Notes under the pieces: generated by a model
What the model was told of the DNA's origin: nothing
The model's input: only the letters and a program-made list of their open reading frames with translations
The model's database searches: none
Program-made: the position numbers and the translations under genes
Assembly (NCBI GenBank): GCA_964472165.1
Contig: CAYYJE010000002.1
Coordinates: 1-55,184, forward strand
Length of the DNA: 55,184 nucleotides
Reading direction: 5' to 3'
From: an uncultured Prolixibacteraceae bacterium
GTDB lineage: Bacteria > Bacteroidota > Bacteroidia > Bacteroidales > Prolixibacteraceae
In this document: piece after piece, positions 1-9,721 of the stretch
Layout of the letters: every line of letters starts with the position of its first letter
Numbering within the stretch: position 1 is the stretch's first letter

Positions 1-825
1 TTAAAACCCGTCTTTGTGGATGTGGATCCCGATGATTTCAATATTGACGTTTCCCTGATCGAAAGTGCCATTACTCCCCGCACAAGGGCCATCCTGCCGG
101 TCCATCTTTTCGGGCAGCATGCCCGGATGGAAAAGATCCTCGACATTGCCCAAAGGCACGGCCTGGCGGTAGTGGAAGATGCGGCCCAGTCGCTGGGATC
201 GGATTATCTCTTCAGCAACGGGGAGCGCCACAGGTCGGGGACCATGGGCATCATCGGGTGTACCTCCTTTTTCCCCTCCAAGAACCTGGGGGCATTCGGT
301 GATGGCGGAGCCCTTTTTACCCGCGATGAGGAAATGGCCACCCGGATCCGGTCTATTGCCAACCATGGGATGAAGGTGCGCTACTATTACGACAGGATCG
401 GCATGAATTCGCGGCTCGACAGCCTCCAGGCCGCCATCCTCGATGTCAAGCTCAAACATCTCGATGACTATGTGGCAGCCCGCCAAAAGGCTGCTGATTG
501 GTATGACCAACACCTGCAGGGGGTGGGCGATCTCATCACCCCTGTGCGCCGGCCCTGGTCAACCCATTCCTATCACCAGTATACTATCAGGACTCCCCAA
601 CGGGATGCCCTGCATCAGTACCTGAAGGAAAAGGGGATTCCTTCGATGGTGTATTACCCGAAGGTCATTCATCTCCAGGAGGCATACCAGTACCTGGGCT
701 ACCGGAAAGGGGATTTTCCCGTGAGTGAAATGCTGACCGAAAACGTCCTTTCCCTTCCCATGCACACCGAACTCGATGAAGTACAACTGGAATACATCGT
801 CACCCAGATAAAGGCTTTTTTTTAA
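1..825 (+). CDS. DegT/DnrJ/EryC1/StrS PLP-dependent sugar aminotransferase (WbpE-like), 5' truncated by window
   Basis: Motifs VHLFGQ, EDAAQS, SFFPSKNLGAFGDGG, NSRLD; frame is open from base 1. Confidence 0.93.
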   Translation, partial: LKPVFVDVDPDDFNIDVSLIESAITPRTRAILPVHLFGQHARMEKILDIAQRHGLAVVEDAAQSLGSDYLFSNGERHRSGTMGIIGCTSFFPSKNLGAFGDGGALFTRDEEMATRIRSIANHGMKVRYYYDRIGMNSRLDSLQAAILDVKLKHLDDYVAARQKAADWYDQHLQGVGDLITPVRRPWSTHSYHQYTIRTPQRDALHQYLKEKGIPSMVYYPKVIHLQEAYQYLGYRKGDFPVSEMLTENVLSLPMHTELDEVQLEYIVTQIKAFF

Positions 826-945
826 TTAGCTGGCATTTTGTTTCATTATCCAGATACTGGAGGTTAAAAGCCGTGAGCAATCCCTGTTTTTTTAAAATTC
901 AATATTTGCGGTAAATTTCTTAACTTTACTTCAAAAACATCCCGA

Positions 946-1287
946 ATGGTCGACAATCAGGTCATAGGAGAGATTACGCGTTTGCTGAAGGAGGAAGGGG
1001 CGCAGAAGGTTATCCTCTTTGGTTCCTACGCTTCCGGAAAAGCGGAAGAGGAGAGTGATCTGGATCTGCTGGTAGTAACACCAGGTGATTTCATTCCAGC
1101 ATCTAACCGGGAGAAAATGGATTTGCACCATCGGTTCAACTCTCGGATTAAATTTTACCGTAGTCTGATACCCATTGATTTATTGGTTTATACCAGGGCG
1201 ATGTTTAATATGGCGATGGTTTCACCCAATCTTTTTTTCAGGGAGATTCAAAATAAAGGCGTAGTATTGTATGAAGCAGTCAACTGA
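946..1287 (+). CDS. Minimal nucleotidyltransferase (MNT) domain protein, putative antitoxin
   Basis: LFGSYASGKAEEESDLDLLVV matches GS-x10-DxD; 113 aa; overlaps downstream HEPN gene. Confidence 0.88.
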   Translation: MVDNQVIGEITRLLKEEGAQKVILFGSYASGKAEEESDLDLLVVTPGDFIPASNREKMDLHHRFNSRIKFYRSLIPIDLLVYTRAMFNMAMVSPNLFFREIQNKGVVLYEAVN

Positions 1288-1666
1288 AGCATGGCTTACA
1301 GCTGCAAATGATGATTTAATGGCGATTGAATCGCTTCTGGTCAATGCAGCGCTAACACATATTGTTGCATTCCATGCACAACAAGCCATCGAAAAGTCAA
1401 TGAAAGCTGTTTTTGAAGAGGTCGAAATACCAATAATTAGAACACATAACCTGGAGACACTTTTTTCAAAGATAAAATCTGAGATTCAACCGGAATTGGA
1501 TGAAATAATACTCGCCGAATTGGACCGGCTTTACCTGGATGCCCGCTATCCGGGTGATTTCGGTTTGATGCCATTTGGAAAACCAACTCCGGAAGAAGCT
1601 TTAACATACTATGAGGAGGCAAAACGCTTCAGGGGCATAGTACTGAATAAACTGATTGGTCAATGA
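1271..1666 (+). CDS. HEPN domain protein (partner of MNT)
   Basis: FHAQQAIEKSMKA, RTHNL and ARYP motifs typical of small HEPN proteins paired with MNT. Confidence 0.88.
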   Translation: MKQSTEAWLTAANDDLMAIESLLVNAALTHIVAFHAQQAIEKSMKAVFEEVEIPIIRTHNLETLFSKIKSEIQPELDEIILAELDRLYLDARYPGDFGLMPFGKPTPEEALTYYEEAKRFRGIVLNKLIGQ

Positions 1667-2262
1667 TGCAAAATTATTACGCCCATCCGACTGCCGTTAT
1701 TGATAAAGGAGCCCTTATTGGCGAGGGAACGAAGATCTGGCATTTCTGCCATGTGATGTCCTCGGCCCGCATCGGGAAGTGCTGCAGTCTGGGCCAGAAT
1801 GTCTTTGTGGCTGCTGATGTGGTGCTGGGGAACAACGTAAAGGTGCAGAACAACGTGTCACTCTATACCGGGGTGATCTGCGAAGACGATGTATTCCTGG
1901 GACCATCGATGGTCTTCACCAATGTGATGAATCCCCGGAGTGCCGTGAACCGGAAGGATGAATACCGGCGGACCCTGGTGAAACGGGGGGCCACCATTGG
2001 CGCCAATGCCACCATTGTCTGCGGGATTATGCTTGGGAAATTCTGTTTTATCGGGGCCGGGGCCGTGGTCATCCGCAACGTGCCCGATTATGCCCTGATG
2101 GTGGGTAATCCGGCCCGCCAAACCGGCTGGATGAGCGAAGCCGGCGAAAAACTGCTCTTCCTCGACGGCCATTACGCCCAGTGCCCCCTTACCGGCGAGA
2201 AGTATGTTCTCGAAAGCGGTGAGGTCCGCAAATTCTCCGGCCCTTCTCCCATGCTTGCCTGA
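1663..2262 (+). CDS. Hexapeptide-repeat N-acetyltransferase (WbpD/WlbB-like)
   Basis: HPTAVID, KIWHFCH, VKVQNNVS, VFTNVMNPRS, VGNPAR; left-handed beta-helix repeats. Confidence 0.9.
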   Translation: MMQNYYAHPTAVIDKGALIGEGTKIWHFCHVMSSARIGKCCSLGQNVFVAADVVLGNNVKVQNNVSLYTGVICEDDVFLGPSMVFTNVMNPRSAVNRKDEYRRTLVKRGATIGANATIVCGIMLGKFCFIGAGAVVIRNVPDYALMVGNPARQTGWMSEAGEKLLFLDGHYAQCPLTGEKYVLESGEVRKFSGPSPMLA

Positions 2263-2335
2263 TGCTTGTAAACATAGCGGGTATTAGCTCCAAATTGTAT
2301 CAGTTCGGATAAATTCAGTTAATCGTGTGTTATGT

Positions 2336-3412
2336 TTAATCTATTGCATGATAGTATACTCCGCGTCCTTCACCGGTTTTAAGTATAAACCCTTCCCTGA
2401 CCAGAAAAGCCAGATCTTTTTTCAGCGTGTTGCGTGAGTAGCTATTTAACTGGCTCTCTATTTCGCCGACCTGTGCGGTTTTATTTTCATTTATATAGTC
2501 CAGAACACTTTGCTGACGCTTGTTTAACCTTGTTCGAAGAGAACTGTATGTTTCATATTTTGCTTCAAGTCTGTGACTTAATTCAATCATACAATCTAAA
2601 AAAAAGAGTATCCAGCTGTCAATACGCTCGTTTTCCTTATACCGGTTTTTCTGACATTCCATCAATACCCTGTAATAAGCCTCTTTCCTGGTTTCTATCA
2701 CGTTTTCAAAAGAGATGTACCGGATAAATCTGTAATCCTGCTTCATTAAAATCAACGTTGTTAAAAGCCTCGACAAACGTCCATTGCCGTCCTGATAAGG
2801 ATGGATAGATAAAAACTCGTATACAAAGACTGCCGTTATCATCAAGGGATGTAAATCTTTCTTTGCCAGCCTTTCATTGGTCCATGCAATTAAACCCTGC
2901 ATCTCATCTGGTGTTAAATGAGGCGCTGTTGTCCTGAAGATCGTTCGTTGTGTTCCATCCGGATAATTGGCCACTACCTGGTTGGAAAGCACTTTATAGT
3001 GTCCCTTGTGTCTCTGGTCCTTTTCACTGTATTTCAGAAGAATGCCATGTATTTGATGGATATAACGTTCTTCCAGATCAATTTCAGCATAACTTTCCAA
3101 AATGATCTCCAAAGCGTCGTAATAGCCAACCACCTCTTGTTCATCACGGCTTTGCATCTTCGTTATTTTTACTGACTTTAGAAGTTTTTCCACTTCCTCA
3201 TCGGTAAGCGTTGCACCTTCAATACGGGTAGATGACCCAATACTTTCTATCGTGGCGATCTTCCTGAGCTCTTTCAGGTATTTGCTTTGCTGGTCTTCGA
3301 TCGCTTTCCAACTGCCATTAAAGGTATCGATAATGCCAAGTTGCTGACTTATTTGCTGATAAACTGTACTGTTAAAGTCCAGTTTTATTTTCATGTGATC
3401 AGTTATATCCAT
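2336..3412 (-). CDS. Fic family protein with N-terminal autoinhibitory helix and C-terminal winged HTH
   Basis: HPYQDGNGRLSR Fic motif; STRIEG inhibitory motif; C-terminal SRNTLKKDLAFLV...GEGRGVYY wHTH; start may be 3412 or 3394. Confidence 0.9.
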   Translation of the reverse strand: MDITDHMKIKLDFNSTVYQQISQQLGIIDTFNGSWKAIEDQQSKYLKELRKIATIESIGSSTRIEGATLTDEEVEKLLKSVKITKMQSRDEQEVVGYYDALEIILESYAEIDLEERYIHQIHGILLKYSEKDQRHKGHYKVLSNQVVANYPDGTQRTIFRTTAPHLTPDEMQGLIAWTNERLAKKDLHPLMITAVFVYEFLSIHPYQDGNGRLSRLLTTLILMKQDYRFIRYISFENVIETRKEAYYRVLMECQKNRYKENERIDSWILFFLDCMIELSHRLEAKYETYSSLRTRLNKRQQSVLDYINENKTAQVGEIESQLNSYSRNTLKKDLAFLVREGFILKTGEGRGVYYHAID

Positions 3413-3486
3413 TTTGTATCCAAATTTATCCAAATGTAGTAAAAACAATGGATATATCCATTTTGTATCCAATTATATCCATTTTT
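3404..3486. repeat. Phased TATCCA repeat array: exact 20 bp direct repeat plus 16 bp palindrome upstream of fic
   Basis: TATATCCATTTTGTATCCAA at 3404-3423 and 3453-3472; AATGGATATATCCATT palindrome at 3447-3462. Confidence 0.85.
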
Positions 3487-3573
3487 GCGACAACTGCGAA
3501 TATGATCGAATAACAAAACAGAACTTCAGTAATTATCAAAACTAGCAGAATATAAAAGTTTTGATAGTCAGAT

Positions 3574-4890
3574 CTAACTTTGAATGGCTGTACCTATCCG
3601 TATTATCTCCCCTGCCAGGTGGCGGCGGGAGAACTTTTCAATCTCCTTTGGGGGTTCGGCTGCTTCCCCTTTTTGCCACCGGCGGAATTCTTTTTCCAGG
3701 GCAGACTGTATCCCCTCCACATCGGAGAATGAGTGATAGCTGCCGGCGCCGGTTTGGGTAAGGATATCTTCACAGTCACTGCCCGATGGACCGATGGCCA
3801 GGATGGGCCGTCCCAGGGCTATGTATTCATACATCTTTCCGGGGAGAATCTCCCTGGCATTGGGGGCATCGTTGAGCGGCAACAGCAAAACCGGTGAATG
3901 GCTCAGCAATCGCAGCCCCTCCCGGTGTTCCAGGTGGGGAAGGACTTCAAGTTGCTCCCCGAGTCCATGACCCCTGATTTCCCGCAGGATGGTCTCATCG
4001 GTCTGCCCGATCAGCCTGATCTTTAACTTTTCCCCGAAGGCGGGGATTTCAGAAACAAGCTGCTCCAGGGCGGTCCAGAGGGCAGAGGGATTCCGGTCGC
4101 GGTTAAAAGCCCCGAAATGGCTGATGATAAACCGGCTGGTTTCATTTTCTGTTAGCTCTGCCGGATGGCAGGGTCCTTCAAAATCTGCAGGATCGAAGCC
4201 GTTGTAGACCACATGGACTTCTCTGCCGGCGAGGGCTTCGAGCGACCGCTTCATGCCGGGACTTACCACGGTCACCACGTCAGCGGAAGTCAGTACCTTT
4301 TTTTCAAGACAGCGGTGAATCCGGTCGGCCAGCCAAGTGAGCTTCAGCCGGTGGTAGAAATCGATGCCCGTCCAGGGATCCCGGAAATCGGCAAGCCAGG
4401 GCACTTTCACCTGCTTCTTCAGCTTCAGGGCAATCAGGTGCATGCTGTGGGGAGGGCCAGTGGAGACGATCAGGTCGACAGGATGCTCTGCCAGGTAATT
4501 CCGGAGAAATTTCACGGAAGGCCTGACCCAGAAAACGCGGGGGTCGGGGATCAGCAGATTGCCGCGTATGAAAACTGCCACCCTCTCCTTCAGGAAGCCC
4601 CTTGAGGCTTCGGAGATATACCCCGACTTAAAGCGGCTTTCCTTTGATTTTCCCGTCAGCTTCCTGAAAAGGTTGTAGGGCTCCCAGATGGGGGTGCCGA
4701 TGACTTCCGCTTCCGCGGGCACTTCCGCCAGCAGGCTTTCGTCGATCACCGAAGGGTCGGGATTCTCCGGAGTGTAAATCACCGGTTGCCAGCCATATTC
4801 AGGCAGGTATTTCGACATCTTGAGCCAGCGCATCACGCCGCCTCCCCCCGCCGGAGGCCAGTAATAGGTTATGATCAGGACACGTTTCAT
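3574..4890 (-). CDS. Glycosyltransferase family 4 protein
   Basis: ITYYWPPAGGGGVMRW, STGPPHS, ADFRDPW, PGKMYEY motifs. Confidence 0.88.
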   Translation of the reverse strand: MKRVLIITYYWPPAGGGGVMRWLKMSKYLPEYGWQPVIYTPENPDPSVIDESLLAEVPAEAEVIGTPIWEPYNLFRKLTGKSKESRFKSGYISEASRGFLKERVAVFIRGNLLIPDPRVFWVRPSVKFLRNYLAEHPVDLIVSTGPPHSMHLIALKLKKQVKVPWLADFRDPWTGIDFYHRLKLTWLADRIHRCLEKKVLTSADVVTVVSPGMKRSLEALAGREVHVVYNGFDPADFEGPCHPAELTENETSRFIISHFGAFNRDRNPSALWTALEQLVSEIPAFGEKLKIRLIGQTDETILREIRGHGLGEQLEVLPHLEHREGLRLLSHSPVLLLPLNDAPNAREILPGKMYEYIALGRPILAIGPSGSDCEDILTQTGAGSYHSFSDVEGIQSALEKEFRRWQKGEAAEPPKEIEKFSRRHLAGEIIRIGTAIQS

Positions 4891-5042
4891 TAACTCCAAA
4901 GTTAGTGATTTGGAGATATCGTTTCAACTTTCACTCGCAGAAGCAGCAAGTCAGGAGTACGAACCTGCCGGAAAAATTTTCGCTGACCAGGCAGTAATGA
5001 GTGAGAACTCATTCATATAGTTCATTTTTTACATCTTCTGCA

Positions 5043-6590
5043 TTAAATCTCATTCATAAACAGATTTTTCATGCTCACTTTTTCCGCCACGATCTCCCTG
5101 ATCCTTTCCACCGGGATCCGCTGCTGCTCCATGGTGTCGCGGTAGCGGATGGTCACCGTATTGTCCTGTTCGGTCTGGTGGTCGATGGTGATGCAGAAAG
5201 GGGTGCCGATGGCATCCTGGCGGCGGTAGCGCTTGCCGATGGAATCCTTTTCGTCGTACTGGCAGTTGAAGTCGAACTTCAGTCTGTCGATGATTTCACG
5301 GGCTTTTTCAGGCTGGCCGTCCTTTTTGACCAGGGGCAGCACCGCCAGCTTCACAGGAGCCAGCGACGGAGGAATGCGCAATACCGTCCGGATATCCTTC
5401 TCCCCGTTGGCGCCCGTCACTTCCTCCTCATGGTAGGAGGCGGCGATCACCTGCAGGAACATGCGGTCGACTCCGATGGAGGTTTCCACCACGTAAGGAA
5501 CATATGATTCGTTCTTCTCGGGATCGAAGTAGCGGAGCTTTTTTCCGGAATATTGTTCGTGTTGCGACAGGTCGAAATCGGTACGTGAGTGGATTCCCTC
5601 CACCTCCTTGAACCCGAAGGGGAAGCGGTATTCGATGTCGACGGCGGCGTTGGCGTAATGGGCCAGCTTTTCATGCTCGTGGAAGCGGTAGTTTTCACTG
5701 CCGAAGCCCAGGGCCTGGTGCCACTTCATGCGGGCCTCCCTCCAGGTGCGGAACCATTCCAGCTCGGTGCCGGGTTCCACGAAAAACTGCATCTCCATCT
5801 GTTCGAATTCCCGCATACGGAAGATAAACTGGCGGGCGACGATTTCATTACGGAAGGCTTTGCCAATCTGGGCGATCCCGAAGGGGATCTTCATGCGTCC
5901 GCTTTTCTGGACGTTGAGGTAGTTGACAAAGATACCCTGGGCTGTTTCCGGACGCAGGAAAATCTTCATGGCCCCGTCGGCAGTGGAGCCCATATCGGTG
6001 GAAAACATCAGGTTGAACTGCCTCACTTCGGTCCAGTTGCGGGTCCCCGACACCGGACAGACGATCTCCTGGTCGATGATGATCTGACGCAGCTCCTCCA
6101 GGTTGCTGTCGTTGAGGGCCCGGGCAAAACGGCTGTGCAGCCCGTCCCATTTCTCCTGGTTTTCAAGAACCCTCGCGTTGGTGGCCCGGAAGTGCCCTTC
6201 ATCAAAGGCATCGCCAAACCGTTTCCGGGCTTTATCAACCTCCTTCGTGATCTTGTCTTCGATTTTGGCCAGTTGCTCCTCGATGAGTACGTCGGCGCGG
6301 TACCGCTTCTTGGAGTCCTTGTTGTCGATTAGTGGGTCGTTGAAGGCATCGACATGGCCCGAGGCCTTCCAGATGGTGGGGTGCATGAAAATGGCGGAAT
6401 CGATGCCCACCACGTTCTCATGCAGCAAAATCATGCTGTCCCACCAGTATTTCTTGATGTTGTTCTTCAGTTCGACACCATACTGGCCGTAGTCGTATAC
6501 CGCTGAAAGGCCGTCATAGATTTCGCTGGATTGAAAAACGTAGCCATACTCCTTGCAATGGGCCACCAGTTTTTTAAAGACATCTTCCAT
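5043..6590 (-). CDS. glyQS: Glycine--tRNA ligase (alpha2 type)
   Basis: LRPETAQGIF, GKAFRNEI, FRMREFEQME, SIGKRYRRQDAIGTP. Confidence 0.97.
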   Translation of the reverse strand: MEDVFKKLVAHCKEYGYVFQSSEIYDGLSAVYDYGQYGVELKNNIKKYWWDSMILLHENVVGIDSAIFMHPTIWKASGHVDAFNDPLIDNKDSKKRYRADVLIEEQLAKIEDKITKEVDKARKRFGDAFDEGHFRATNARVLENQEKWDGLHSRFARALNDSNLEELRQIIIDQEIVCPVSGTRNWTEVRQFNLMFSTDMGSTADGAMKIFLRPETAQGIFVNYLNVQKSGRMKIPFGIAQIGKAFRNEIVARQFIFRMREFEQMEMQFFVEPGTELEWFRTWREARMKWHQALGFGSENYRFHEHEKLAHYANAAVDIEYRFPFGFKEVEGIHSRTDFDLSQHEQYSGKKLRYFDPEKNESYVPYVVETSIGVDRMFLQVIAASYHEEEVTGANGEKDIRTVLRIPPSLAPVKLAVLPLVKKDGQPEKAREIIDRLKFDFNCQYDEKDSIGKRYRRQDAIGTPFCITIDHQTEQDNTVTIRYRDTMEQQRIPVERIREIVAEKVSMKNLFMNEI

Positions 6591-6722
6591 GTTGTATTAT
6601 TTCTGAATTTTAGACCGGCAAAAATAAGGGATAAATCAACACAATGGGGATACCGGGGATAATAATACCAGCCTGGTACGGGCAGTGAATATGGAAAATC
6701 CGGCATTTGCCGGGGGATGGGG

Positions 6723-6998
6723 TTAGTCTACTTCCTCAAAGTCGACGTATTCTCCTTCGGTGTGTTTGTTGTTTCTGACATTCCGGTCCTTTTCTACCGT
6801 CACATCACCTTCATAACGCCGGCTACGCTGTTGCTCCCTGATTTGTTCCTCCATTCGGGTCTGCATGTTCTTCATGGTTTTCTGCATAAACAGGGGAAAC
6901 AGGTATTTAGTAACCAACTTCACGCCGTACCAAATGACCAGAATAATGAAAAGTGTTCTGAAAAAAGATACTATGGTCAGTAAAACAAAAAGGTTCAT
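6723..6998 (-). CDS. Small membrane protein, DUF4834-like
   Basis: N-terminal TM segment and C-terminal GEYVDFEEV motif. Confidence 0.75.
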   Translation of the reverse strand: MNLFVLLTIVSFFRTLFIILVIWYGVKLVTKYLFPLFMQKTMKNMQTRMEEQIREQQRSRRYEGDVTVEKDRNVRNNKHTEGEYVDFEEVD

Positions 6999-7062
6999 TG
7001 TCAAATTATCTAATTGTGGTGTGACCGCAATTTGCGGGTTCAGGAGGCAAAATTAATGTTTT

Positions 7063-7779
7063 TTATTTTTTGATGACATTGCCACCTGAAGAAGAAGTCA
7101 CATTTAACGATTCAGGTGATCCCGAATAGAAAATGTTGCCGCCGCTGGAAGCATTTGCGGAGAGTTCAGAAAGGACTGATATCCATGTATTTCCCCCGCT
7201 TGAGGCATTGACGCTGCACTTTTCGGTTTTAATCTCCCCGGCTTTTACATTGGCGCCGGAAGAAGTCCTGATGGTGAGTTCCCGGGAAGTGCCTTCCAGG
7301 AAAATATTGGATCCGGAAGAGGCGGACACATCCAGTTTCTGGCCTGCAAGGTTGAGGCGGATGTTACTTCCGGCTGATCCCCTGACGTTTAATTCGTCGA
7401 CTTCCATCATATTGTCGGCAAAGAGATTGCTTCCGGCAGTTCCGGATATTTCAGTGAGCCCGGGTGTGGTAACCATTACCTTTTTTTCTTTGGCTTTCCA
7501 GATTCCGGCAGAGGTTTTGATTTCCAGGATGCCATCTTCCACGATAGTTTCTATGTACTCATGCAGGTTTTCATCGGCAACAACCACCACTTTCTGCTGG
7601 TCTCCCTGTATCAGGTGAACAGTCATTCCGCTGGTCACACTTATTCCCTGAAAAACATCTACCTTACGGGTTTCTTCTTTCACTTTCCCATTCCCGGATA
7701 CCGAAGGACCGATGAACAGACAAGATGAGAGCGAGAATCCCGCCATCGACAGTAATATGGAAAAGAGAAGCCGGTGCAT
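7063..7779 (-). CDS. Head GIN domain (DUF2807) lipoprotein
   Basis: Lipobox LSSC; GNGKV; repeated ASSG beta-helix units; start chosen at MHRLLF. Confidence 0.85.
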   Translation of the reverse strand: MHRLLFSILLSMAGFSLSSCLFIGPSVSGNGKVKEETRKVDVFQGISVTSGMTVHLIQGDQQKVVVVADENLHEYIETIVEDGILEIKTSAGIWKAKEKKVMVTTPGLTEISGTAGSNLFADNMMEVDELNVRGSAGSNIRLNLAGQKLDVSASSGSNIFLEGTSRELTIRTSSGANVKAGEIKTEKCSVNASSGGNTWISVLSELSANASSGGNIFYSGSPESLNVTSSSGGNVIKK

Positions 7780-8028
7780 GTGGTAAATATATAACTTGAT
7801 AAACCTACATGCAAACATAGGTATGGAAATCCCTGATAGATATTGATTTTCGCCCAATGGTCGAAAAATACCGGTAAAAGGGAGAATTTGTCACTGCAAG
7901 GGGAATTTCTTTCCGGGTAATTTTCGCAAACTCTTTCTTTTAATGATATTTAACGGAAAGCACCGTTGAGGGGGTAATTTATATTTTCGTAAGTTTTGCT
8001 AAGTTTGTCGTCCACAAATTACAAGAAG

Positions 8029-9699
8029 ATGAAGATTAAAAAAGTTATTGCCGGGTTGGTCATTCTCCTTTTTGCAGGAATTACCCTGTACAGTTTTACC
8101 AATGACCAGAAGAATTTCGAAATTGCCAAAAATCTTGATATTTATTACTCACTTTTCCGGGAACTGAATGCCTTTTATGTGGACGACATCAATCCGAACA
8201 AACTGGTAAAGGAAAGCATTGACAAGATGCTGGAATCCCTCGATCCCTATACCAATTATATTTCAGAGGATGATGTGGAAGATTTCAGGTTTATGACGAC
8301 CGGTGAATATGCGGGTATTGGGGCCCTGATCAGCAAGCAGAATGACAAGATCATCATTGCTGAACCCTACGAGGGATTTCCCGCGCAGAAATCGGGACTC
8401 AAAGCAGGGGATGTCATATTGGAAGTGGAAGGCAAAACTACAACCACGATGACCACGGAAGATGTGAGCAACTTGTTGAAAGGGCCGGCCATGAAACCGG
8501 TGAAGATCAAAATTCAGCGTCCCGGAGATAAAAAACCTTTTGAAGTGAATGTGGTAAGGGAGAAAATCACCATTGATGCTGTTCCGTATTATGGCATGGT
8601 TGACGACCGTACCGGCTATATCCGGCTTTCCAATTTTACGCAGAATTGCGGGGAAGAGGTAAAAAAGGCTTTTCTGGAATTGAAAAAGCAAAATCCGGAG
8701 TCGCTGATCCTTGACCTGCGTTCCAACCCCGGAGGATTGCTGATTGAATCGGTGAAGATTATGAATTTGTTTGTACCCCGGGGTTCGGAGATTGTCAGCA
8801 CGCGAGGGAAAGTCAAGGAGTGGGACAATACCTATAAAGCCACGCAGAATCCGGTGGATACCACGATAAGGATTGCAGTGATTACAAACCGCGCATCGGC
8901 TTCGGCTTCGGAAATTATTGCCGGTGCCATGCAGGATCTCGACCGCGGTCTGGTTATAGGTACCAGGACTTTTGGCAAGGGGTTGGTGCAAACCACGCGC
9001 GATTTAAGTTACAATACCAAACTGAAAGTAACCACGGCCAAATACTATGTTCCCAGCGGACGGTGCATACAGGCGCTTGACTACACCCACCGGAACGAAG
9101 ATGGCAGTGTGGGTACTGTTCCCGATACCCTTATTTCTGAATTTTCAACCAGGGCTGGCAGGAAGGTTTTTGATGGAGGGGGTGTGGTTCCGGACATCAA
9201 GGTTGAACAGGAAGAATTAAGCCGGCTGGCAATCGAACTGGTCACCCGGTTTACCATTTTTGACTTTGCCACCCAATTTGCCGCAAAAAACCCGACCATC
9301 CTGCAACCGGAGGAGTTTGTCATTACCGGTGACATATACAACGATTTTTCCGCCTTCGTGAAAAACAACAGCTTTCAATATGACTCCGAAACAGAAAAGG
9401 CATTTGAACAGCTTGTCCAAACTGCCAAAGAGGAGAAGTATTTTGATGTAAATGGCGAGAAGTTCAGTCTGCTGGAAGCCAGTTTAAAACCCGACCTTGA
9501 CAAGGACCTGCAGCTTTTCCGCAAGGAGATCAGTGATCTGCTGAAAGATGAGATTGTGGGCCGGTATTACTACCAGAAAGGGGCGATCAGGGCTACCATA
9601 AAGGCGGATCCCGACATTCTGAAAGCCCGTGAGGTGCTTAATAACCAGGGGGAGTATTCCGGATATTTCAAACCTGGAACCGTCATCTCTGCCAACTAG
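8029..9699 (+). CDS. ctpA: S41 family carboxyl-terminal processing protease
   Basis: LDPY, PDZ region, LDLRSNPGG, SASASEI, FGKGLVQ. Confidence 0.93.
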   Translation: MKIKKVIAGLVILLFAGITLYSFTNDQKNFEIAKNLDIYYSLFRELNAFYVDDINPNKLVKESIDKMLESLDPYTNYISEDDVEDFRFMTTGEYAGIGALISKQNDKIIIAEPYEGFPAQKSGLKAGDVILEVEGKTTTTMTTEDVSNLLKGPAMKPVKIKIQRPGDKKPFEVNVVREKITIDAVPYYGMVDDRTGYIRLSNFTQNCGEEVKKAFLELKKQNPESLILDLRSNPGGLLIESVKIMNLFVPRGSEIVSTRGKVKEWDNTYKATQNPVDTTIRIAVITNRASASASEIIAGAMQDLDRGLVIGTRTFGKGLVQTTRDLSYNTKLKVTTAKYYVPSGRCIQALDYTHRNEDGSVGTVPDTLISEFSTRAGRKVFDGGGVVPDIKVEQEELSRLAIELVTRFTIFDFATQFAAKNPTILQPEEFVITGDIYNDFSAFVKNNSFQYDSETEKAFEQLVQTAKEEKYFDVNGEKFSLLEASLKPDLDKDLQLFRKEISDLLKDEIVGRYYYQKGAIRATIKADPDILKAREVLNNQGEYSGYFKPGTVISAN

Positions 9700-9721
9700 G
9701 AGTATGTCGGACCGGGTTTTT

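Noticed and set aside
829-846. Sigma-54 promoter TGGCA...TTCA ahead of the MNT gene
   Set aside because: The -12 element lacks the conserved GC; too weak to call.
3426-3434. TTATCCAAA as a DnaA box / replication origin
   Set aside because: Only one 8/9 match; the other units deviate and there is no oriC-type gene context.
4921-5015. Possible SRP RNA or other structured RNA between the GT4 gene and glyQS
   Set aside because: Only short hairpins (e.g. AATGAGT-GAGA-ACTCATT); the SRP helix-8 signature could not be assembled.
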